The notes beneath the pieces were generated by a model. That model did not search any database, was not told where the DNA came from, and saw only the letters and a list, made by a program, of their open reading frames with translations. Source: Octopus vulgaris (lineage: Eukaryota). Taken from it: DNA of 64,000 bases. Each line of letters begins with the position of its first letter. Position 1 is the first letter of the stretch. The stretch spans positions 98,828,001 through 98,892,000 of the forward strand of contig OX597818.1 in the NCBI GenBank assembly GCA_951406725.2, given 5' to 3'. The position numbers and the translations under genes are program-made. Of this stretch, positions 54,542 to 64,000 are shown in pieces.

Positions 54542-54613
<72 letters not shown>
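54251..54613. repeat. compound (AAT/AAC/CAG)n microsatellite
   Basis: Seen directly. Confidence 0.98.
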
Positions 54614-54614
<1 letters not shown>

Positions 54615-55510
54615 TTACCCTATTAAAATGAAAATAATTTTTGGAAATAATTTTTGAAAAAACTTTTTAAAAAATCTATGAATAACTCTTGCAAGGGGAA
54701 ATTACTCCCATTAGGCGATTGGTCGGTTTTTTTGGAAGCAAACGCTGGAATTATATATACCCTTATGATTCTTTGACGATGTTAATTTTTAGACAAGCAG
54801 GCCTAGACGAACACACGAACACAGAATTTTTTCAGCCGCCTGACAGGTTTTTTCAGCAGTGATCATTATCTAGCGCCCCTTGCCAACAAACGGCCGCGCA
54901 CACATAGGCTAGTATACACATACATGCTTTTAGGTAGGTTTTGTCTCGCCCCTAAAATACACCCTGTATTCTTAAAATATTCAGAACATTAGTTTTGGTC
55001 ACACAGAACCTCTCCACACCCCTTGTTCTCATTAATTCCTCACCTACCAGATTTGACCGCGGCCTGACCTGTAATTATTCCAACGGACCTTTTGTCGGCC
55101 CCCACCAACCCCCCGATTTCAACGTACATTGATAAACCGTTTAACCATGGGCTCTTAAGGAGCGTCCTCGTTCGAATTGCTTTGCTGCGCCTCTGTTTTG
55201 TTTTGTTCTGTCAACGTAATTCCTGCTTTTTCCTGAAGAGAAAGCTGCAATATGGTATCCTTATTTAATCAGAATTTGGAAAATTGTGGCCTTTGAAACA
55301 TGTGTAGAATGTAATAAAAGGAATTCTGTACAATCTTCGTTCAACTCCATTTCTTCCATTCACTAATTATATTAAACTTCAATTATCCGCACCAACGCAC
55401 ATGGTCTTATCTCCAACAGTGTTTTTTTCTGCTGTGATTTTTGCTACCCAGGTATCGGTTAAACTTTTGAATAATCTGTAACAAGAAAATTCATCTTTCC
55501 ATTTCAACAA

Positions 55511-55627
<117 letters not shown>

Positions 55628-55680
55628 TATATATATATATATGCATATATATATATAACATATATGCATATATATATATA

Positions 55681-55754
<74 letters not shown>

Positions 55755-55931
55755 TATATGATTGATAGCCAATGTCATATGCATATATATATATATATAT
55801 ATCATATATATATATATATATATATGCATATATATATATGCACATATATATACATATATATATATATATGTACACACACAGACCCACACACATAAAAACG
55901 AAGTATGGCTACAGCTGAGGGTTGAAATACA

Positions 55932-55995
<64 letters not shown>

Positions 55996-56041
55996 TGTAT
56001 TGGGTTGAAATATATACATATATGTAGAGGGTTGAAATACA

Positions 56042-56096
<55 letters not shown>

Positions 56097-56238
56097 TACA
56101 AAGGGAAGTTGTAAGGTACCGCACGAGTGGAAATATATATGAAAGAAGGTTTGAAAATGCAATTTTAAAATGTGTTTATTCACTTGACCGGTTTCACTTT
56201 TTTAGAAAAAGATTGTCAAAAGTAATATATATACATAT

Positions 56239-56468
56239 GCGGCGAGCTGGCAGACACGTTAGCGCGCCAGGCGAGATGCTTAGCGGTATTTCATCTGCCA
56301 CTACGTTCTGAGTTCAAATTCCACCGAGATCGACTTTGCCTTTCATCTTTTCGGGGTCGATAAATAACGTACCAGTTTCGCACTGGGGTCGATGTAATCG
56401 ACTTAATCCGTTTGTCTGTCCTTGTTTGTTCCCTCTGTGTGTAGCCTCTTGTGGACAGTAAAGAAATA
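56239..56468 (+). mobile_element. SINE family A
   Basis: Full-length copy. Confidence 0.9.
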
Positions 56469-56629
56469 CATATATCTTTTATTTATTTCAGTGATTTGAC
56501 TGCGGCCATGCTAGCACCCCCCCCCCCACACCTTTAAGAAAAGTGGTGGGAGGAACAAGCTCTAACACAAACACATACATGCGTACACACACACATACAG
56601 ACAAACGCACACGCATACGTGTATGTATG

Positions 56630-56672
<43 letters not shown>

Positions 56673-56711
56673 ATATCCACTCTCTCCCTTTCTCTCTCTC
56701 TATCTCTTTCT

Positions 56712-56764
<53 letters not shown>

Positions 56765-57119
56765 TATTTCTCTCTAAACAACTTTTAATCTTCCCCACTT
56801 CTTTCCTTTCTCTATAGAGATAGTGTTACGGACAGCGATAAGTTGACGGTCAAAGGGAAATAACTCATCTCAGTAGCTACAAGAAACTGAAGACATGCAT
56901 GAAGATGAGTTGTTTCCCTTAGACCATACACTCACCGTTTTTGTAGAAGTACGTTTGTTAAATAAGAGTAACCTCACTTCGCACACATGTGTACTCGCGC
57001 ACGCACACATACACACATTCGTGCACACGCGCGCGTGTGCGCATGCGTATGCAGGATGTCCCAGAATGATTTATCTATGTTTGAGACTCTTCCTGAAGAA
57101 TATCGATTCCGGCAATATC

Positions 57120-57345
57120 TATTTCTTTACTACCCACAAGGGGCTAAACACAGAAGGAACAAACAAGGACAGACATAGGTATTAAGCCGATTACATCGAC
57201 CCCAGTGCGTAACTGGTACTTAATTTATCGACCCCGAAAGGATGAAAGGCAAAGTCGACCTCGGCGGAATTTGAACTCACAACGTAACGCAATGAAATAT
57301 CGCTAAGCATTTCGCCCGGAGTGCTAACGTTTCTGCCAGCTCGCC
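57120..57345 (-). mobile_element. SINE family A nested in transposon, TSD gcaatatc
   Basis: 8-bp direct repeats at 57112-57119 and 57346-57353. Confidence 0.9.
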
Positions 57346-57701
57346 GCAATATCGTCTACATTTTACATTAAGATATGCTTATGTCTTTTGTTCTTGTGTC
57401 TGTTGCTTCGTTCGTCTATATCAGATTTCTAAACAAACATGGCGTCCAAAGCAAAGCACGACCAGATTGTCGCTTTGAAAACAGCTGGATTGAGTAACAA
57501 GAACGTAACAAAACGGTTGAATGTGTACCGTAAAACAGTATTCAATCACTGGAAACGATATACGGAGTCCACTATTACCTCTAGCAAGCCAATTCTTCGT
57601 AGGAAACGACTAATTCGTATCAAACTGCTGAGGATGTGGAGCGAATGAGCCGAAATCCCAGCTGGAGTGCAAGAAAACCTTTAAAAGCACTTGGTATTTC
57701 G

Positions 57702-57911
57702 GCTGGCAGAAACGTTAGCACGCCGGGCTATTTCGTCTGCCGTTTCGTTCTGAGTTCAAATTCCGCCGAGGTCGACTTTGCCTTTCATCCTTTCGGGGTC
57801 GATAAATTAAGTACCAGTTATGCACTGGAGTCGATGTAATCGACTTAATCCGTCTGTCTGTCCTTGTTTGTCCCTTCTGTGTTTAGCCCCTTGTGGGTAG
57901 TAAAAGAAATA
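57702..57911 (+). mobile_element. SINE family A nested in transposase, TSD ggtatttcg
   Basis: 9-bp direct repeats at 57693-57701 and 57912-57920. Confidence 0.9.
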
Positions 57912-58833
57912 GGTATTTCGAAATCGTCAATGCACAGAATTTTAAAAGAGGATTTAAAGCTAACTGCATACAAGAAACAAACGTGGCAGCTAATTTCAGC
58001 AGCTTCCAAGAAGGAACGGCTCGACAAGGGTAAAAATCATGTTAGCTGAGGTGATGCGCGCCACTAACACAGTGTTGGTCTGGTCTGATGAAAAGATCTT
58101 CAGCATGGAGGCAGTTTCCAACAGGCAGAATGACAGGCTTTATGCACGTAATATAGGTGACCTAACCGAAGGTAGCAGGAATCATCTGCGCCATCAGAAG
58201 CCAGCTTCACTCATGGTGTGGGCCAAGTCTCCTTTGATCTTCATCGATGCTGGTATCAAGATCAACAGTGAAGTTTGTGTGGAAATATTGGATGAGAAAG
58301 TACTGCCCTGGGTCACAAAAATTTTTGGTGACTGTTACGTCTTCACTCAGACGAGGCTCCGGCCCATGCATTCAATTTTATATGGAGATGGTGCAAAGAG
58401 CATCTCACCAGTTTTGGGGACACGATGATATGACCTCCCTCAAGTCTAGACATCAATCCCATGGACTTTGCTACCTAGTCCATCTTAGAGAGTAATGCTC
58501 AGTCCTATTCAAATGTGTCAGATCTGAAGAAAGCGCTTCTGTCTTCATGAGTCAGGTTGGATGAAGAGGTGGTACAGCGCGCATGCATCTCAGTAACCAC
58601 TCGTTTGTCGGCGATGATCAAGGCGAAAGGTGGTCATTTTGAAATGTAATTATTGCAATGGATTGATAATTTACGTAAGAACGAGTGTGCCAATTGGATA
58701 AATAAAAAATATCAATAGGTAAATCATTCTGGGACACCCTGGACAAACTGAAATGAAAATACATATTAACGCTGTGTGACTCAATAAAATTTTGTGTAAT
58801 GAAGCAAAATATTGTTTATTGAACTGTCCCGAA

Positions 58834-59367
58834 ATATACGTGTGTGGTGATGCGTTTACTACCATAAATCTCTAACAATCCTTCACATACATTTCAACAG
58901 CAACAAGGACAATCACCAGCACCACAACAACAACAACTGACCCAGTATCAGGCACTCCTTAATTCAACCCACAGTTGATGACCAGATGAGCAGCCAGTTC
59001 TGAGACAACATGATGAGTTATTTATTTCCCTTAGACCATAAAACTGACTCCTCGCATTTCTCATAAGCAATATCTGAAGTCGCTAAACATGCCTTAAATT
59101 GAATTTCTTTTGATTTAGTAGTTAGTGATATGAAAATGTGAGTAAATTAGAGCTGGTCAAAGTGCTTGTTGTAGCTGTAATTGTTGTCTCAGAATTGGCT
59201 GCTCATCTGGTCATCAACTGTGGGTTGAATTAAGGAGTGCCTGATACTGGGTCAGTTGTTGTTATTGTTGTTGTTGTGGTGCTGGTGATTGTCCTTGTTG
59301 CTGTTGAAAAGTATGTGAAGGATTGTTAGAGATTGATGGTAGTAAACGCATCACCACACACGTATAT
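58834..59367. repeat. long inverted repeat (~180-bp arms, ~170-bp spacer)
   Basis: 58834-59010 is the near-perfect reverse complement of 59182-59367. Confidence 0.95.
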
Positions 59368-59699
59368 ATATGAACAGAGACAGACATTAAAAAGTCATTT
59401 TATTTCTACTCGTCAGAGACGATTTATTATTTGCGAAAAAGGAAAGAAAATTTTTGAAATTTCCAAAATATACATTCAGAAAGTGAGAACTTTCACTGAA
59501 TAATTTTTCTTACTCTTTGAACAAAGTTTATACTAAAATTATTTTGTGTTTAACCAAAAAAGCATAACTTGGTAGAAATTGAAAAAAAATTGCTTGAACC
59601 GAAATCTCTTTCGAGTTTAATTTTAAAATACATAAATTTTAAGAAATTGTTACTCTTAACAACGAATTAATTATTGCGAATATCGGTGCCCAAAAATAA

Positions 59700-60651
59700 T
59701 GAATCAATACCGAAAAAGCAAACTGTAGCAACCATTGCTCAATTTCCAATCTGATTCATCTAATAATGCTAAACAGAAGAGAATTGCAAAGGAAGTGTCG
59801 CAGCTCAAGGGCGGTCTTGCAAAGTCTTTGATACCTTCATTGGATGATCTAGGACAGGTCGACTGCCAACAACTGCAGCCAGTTCTAGCAAAGTTTGATC
59901 CAAAAATTTATGGAAATCAGAGACGCGACTTCTCGTCAAGCTGGTATACTGGTCGTTTATGGTTAGAGTATTCTCTTTCAAAGAAAGCCTTGTTTTGTTT
60001 TGCTTGTCGGCACTTTTATACTTCTGCTCCAGCTGATACTTGTTTTATCAAAAATGGATATTCTAATTGGCATCATGCAAAAGAAAAACAAAGGTTCAAA
60101 TAAGCACGCAAACTCTGCATCCCATATCCAAGCTATGGTAACATGGAAGGAACGCTCACAGCATTTATCCACAACAACATCCGTGTCTTCAATCTTGCAA
60201 AATGGTCAGTTGAGCAAAAACTGTTACTATATCAGTTGATATTGTTCATTATCTTTGTGCAAACGAATTGCCTTTATTCAGAAGATGATACGCAGCCTTG
60301 TGGTCTTTTTATGAAATTATTCCTGTACACATTAGAGAAAGACTCAAAGCTTATGGAATGTTACAACACGATTCCAAACAATGCGACCTACACCTCAGCA
60401 GCAATGCAAAACGAAATCATTGAATTGTTGAGAAGACACACTGTCAGACTCATGATCGATGTTTATTTGAAATTATATAAAGATAATGTTTACAGATTTG
60501 GCTGCTATCTCAAGCATGTAGAATGACCTTTTAGGCTTAACTATGTGCTTGTTGAAAATCATTAAAAAAAATATTGGAGGTGATGATAAAAATTCTTCGA
60601 GGAGTTTTTGTCCGTACCCCTTTTCAGCACCCCCAGCTGGCTACGTGGCTG
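59700..60651 (+). mobile_element. internally deleted hAT transposon (ZnF-TTF/DUF4371 type)
   Basis: RDFSSSWY..WLEYS..ALFCFACRHF..GYSNW..HANSASH and NATYTSAAMQNEIIELL; terminus-like ctggctacgtggctg. Confidence 0.8.
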
Positions 60652-60759
60652 ATATACACGTGTGCTCGTACGCATGCACATACACCTGCTGACAGCAAAT
60701 ACATCCTAATAGAAACATATAAGTCTGCACACATACGTGTACTGGCATATACATACATA

Positions 60760-62492
60760 TGTAGTGGATCTTGCATGCATGAAGTGGATTCGATCCACCA
60801 CAGCCAAATTTAAATTAACACTGCAACAGAACTTTTCCCACGGTGGAACAATGGTTTTTCCCTGACGCACTTTCATTTGTTTACAAGTTACACATTCTGC
60901 GATGCACACATTCCGCGACGACTCGTTTTACTAAAACAGCTAAATTCATGTGCATATCTTTTTGAATGTTCCTTATTATTATTCAAATTTTGCATGTACT
61001 TTTTTGGTTCACTTTGAAATTGTTTGTATTGTTGCATATACACATGCATGCACCTTTCCTCACTTCCTGGCCTTGTGCATGCATCTGCACACATGGTTTA
61101 TACACACACAAATGCTATCTCTGTCACATTCAAGCACCACACATGCCTTTCTCACTTGTTTTCCATACTCAATGTACCCTTGTAGACACAACTCATCTCT
61201 GTAAGACCCTTGGTCAGTCACGCATATATAGAGAAAGTTGTTTGTCCCTTACAATGTGCCAGCATGCCACACTTTCACTCCTGCATGATCGAGGCATATA
61301 ATACCTCATGCACTGGCTGGCAGCCTCAGCCTTACTGCATTAATCACTGGCATATTCAATACTGCACACTGTATTTGTAATCAATGCACTAGCCTTCCCT
61401 TGCAAGCTCTATTGCACACATGCACATACAACTCTATTATGCATCTACAGCCTTATTTTGCAACACGTCTGCGTCAGCTCAATTCTTCTCCTGACTCGAA
61501 GCACGTCGGATGACCACATGCTCTGCACCCCCTTTTTTAGACATGATTTCCCCCCGTTAGACTCCTCTTTGGTCACATAATTAACAGAGAAAATTATCTG
61601 TCTCACGTATCACTCCAGCATGCTTACCCTGTTGCCCTTGCTAACTCAGCAATTAACTATGACAACAGCACCAGACGCATTTCACTGCTGAAAAAATTTC
61701 CAAGGCATTTACCATGCATTTCTTTGTCTCCTTCGATCATTCATTTCCTTTCCAGGAACCTCACTGGCGAGGGGAGTGATGTAGTGGATCTTGCATGCAT
61801 GAAGTGGATTCGATTCACCACAGCCAAATTTAAATTAACACTGCAACAGAATTTTTCCCACAGTGGAACAATGGTTTTTCTCTGACAGCAGTTTTACATT
61901 TTCCAGATGCCTTTAGCTAGGCTGAAATAATGTCTTCACCACTTGAATCTTTCTAACCTCTCCTACTTCACCAAAAGCTAGAATAGAGATAACAAGACCA
62001 CCAACTAAATCTATTGTTCCCAATGATATATCTATCCTTCTGGATAGTTATAAAAGTAAGCACACCCCAAGCAAAAATCAGTTACTCACAGTCGGTGACG
62101 ACTCAACCAAGTAGTCACTGCAGTGACGACAAAGTCTGGCTGACCAGCTAGAACCTTGGTCGGAGGGAGAAATGAAGTTTACTGTCAGCAACTATGAGAC
62201 AACACCCTACTACTCTCACTAGCTCTAATTCTGTTCTCTTACAACATCATTCTATCTCTCTCTGTATTTACTACTAAGCAATGAAGAGGACACAAACGCA
62301 AACTTTACTTTGCATGCTTTAACATAATAGTAAATAAATATTTTCTTAAAACTTCATGCATTCTTCATCTTTCACATCTTACAACTTGCCATCCTAACAA
62401 CAAATTTTTATCGTCACAACTGCTGACTCCGACATTAATCATTATATTGTATATCTAATCAATATCTCCCATTACAATTGGTGACTCTCGAC
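60760..62492 (+). mobile_element. LTR retrotransposon remnant (Gypsy-like): truncated 5' LTR, deleted internal region, PPT, full LTR 61780-62476
   Basis: 107-bp direct repeat at 60760 and 61780; PPT ggcgaggggagtga; LTR termini tgtagtgg...ccattaca; PBS-like tggtgactctcgac. Confidence 0.75.
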
Positions 62493-63029
62493 AATCAACA
62501 TAAAAAATTTATCATTACACATATATGTATCCGTAAACATGCACACATGTGTGTGTAGTATGCATCTTTTAGTTTTCTTATACTTAATGCAATTACAAGG
62601 TTTTGGTCAGCCCAAGACTTAACTTCAATTCTTAACACTTTTCTGCATAAAATTGTGTGCAGCATCTGCCCCAGAGTCTTTTTTTTTTCTGAATCTGCAT
62701 TTGCTAATCATATTACATCTCACACTAATTGAAGAGATGGCCCTCTATAGGTGTGATGATCACCATGTGTGTATGTAATGTCAGGTTACTTATAAGGTCT
62801 GACGTAGGTACTGTGAGTAACATGGAATCCAGTACAACCTGATACTTGGTCAGGTTGTCGGTGACTAAATCAGCGCCCCCACGCTTTATAACCTTAAACA
62901 TTAGTAATAAGAATCTTGAATTATCTTTATGCTTTATAGGATACCTTAATATCATTATCGTTGTAATATAACTCAATCAAACTACCTTTGCACCTACTTA
63001 AGCTCACAATAGTTAATGGTGACTGTGGT

Positions 63030-63228
63030 ATATATAGTTGAAATTTACAGAAAGACAAAAGACGAAGACAGGTGTATAAACAACAAGTAGGTGTATTAGT
63101 TTGATGCTCGAGAAGGTGAGAAAGTCTTTTACATTTCAAGCCTGTGCTCTTCAACAGAAAGGAATGTGAGGAAATAAACAGAGAGAGAATAGAAAAACTT
63201 CAGGAGTTAGCGGTCAATCATGGTGACT
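63030..63228 (-). mobile_element. Penelope-like terminal fragment with degenerate hammerhead-like fold
   Basis: Minus strand 63126-63161 reads CTTT-CTGTTGA-A-GAGC(acag)GCTT-GAAATGTA-AAAG. Confidence 0.4.
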
Positions 63229-64000
63229 GGTGTCAGCTTCATCAAACAGCCTCACACTTTCCATCTTGTTCTATAGTTGATTTCCCATTATATTACAGGT
63301 CTTTACACAGACCAAATTTACTTATATATAAAGTCAATGAATTTTATTTACTAAGCAATTAAATAAACCATGCAATGAAACTAAAAAAATTTATGCTAGA
63401 AAAATACTGCAAAAGTAGCTCACATACCGAAACTCTGAACTGTTAACTCCATAGTAAAATTTTAAGTATATATTAAAGTATATATAACATTAAAGTACAT
63501 ATAACATTAAAATATATATAAAAATAAGTACAAAACATAAAAAGTTCAATCAAATCAATAACTTTATTTACTATATCAGTATAAATGTATTATTTCTTTT
63601 ATACAAATTTTAAAATATTCTAGAGCCGTTAACATTTTTCTAATCCTCTTAAAAATTTTTTGGTCTTTCTAAAAGGATTTCTGCTCTTAAAGAAATTCGT
63701 GTTTATAAAAATATTTGAATCCCATTAAAATTTTGAACCCCACTAAAAAATTTTATGAATCTCCTGAAAAATTCCGTGCCCCACTGTAAATAGGACAGCT
63801 ACAAGGTTATTAATTGTTATTAAATTTTTTAAAAAAACATCATCAAGTAACATATCAAATTTCATGTCATTATCTTGACTAATTAAAAACTTTAAGGGGC
63901 CTCAATGGACGTAAAGGGGTGTTTGTCTTTATTTACTTTTTTCCAGCTGATTCCGGATTTGGACTAAGTTTTTCATACATACATACAAACACACGCACAT

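Larger units (their letters stand above)
57052..58741 (+). mobile_element. full-length decayed Tc1/mariner-superfamily (DD37D/maT-like) transposon
   Basis: TIRs caggatgtcccagaatgatttatctat / ataggtaaatcattctgggacaccctg; transposase pieces MASKAK..HTH, VWSDEKIF, SLMVW, SLDINPMDF. Confidence 0.9.

Noticed and set aside
59735-60526. ZMYM1-like host zinc-finger gene
   Set aside because: Frameshifted and internally deleted, with a transposon-like terminus; better explained as a hAT remnant.

Overview
AT-rich, microsatellite- and transposon-dense eukaryotic DNA. The SINE, Dong/R4 and Penelope repertoire suggests a coleoid cephalopod, probably Octopus (inference). The only intact host genes are three tandem, same-strand paralogs of an adenylate-forming (ANL superfamily, ACSF2-like acyl-CoA synthetase fold) enzyme, of 557, 546 and 549 aa after splicing. 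Each has a 146-nt first coding exon, one phase-2 GT-AG intron and a ~1.5-kb second coding exon. They keep the P-loop and the A10 lysine but differ at the A4, A5, A7 and A8 motifs, and they have no N-terminal transit peptide. Paralogs 1 and 2 show a gene-conversion-like mosaic and share promoter and 3' flank homology. A possible fourth, decayed copy lies at the window start. The rest is Tc1/mariner, hAT, Helitron, LTR, L1/Tx1, RTE, Dong/R4 and Penelope remnants (some with minimal hammerhead-like folds), several SINE families, long simple repeats and one 100-N gap. Many repeat boundaries were set by eye and are approximate.
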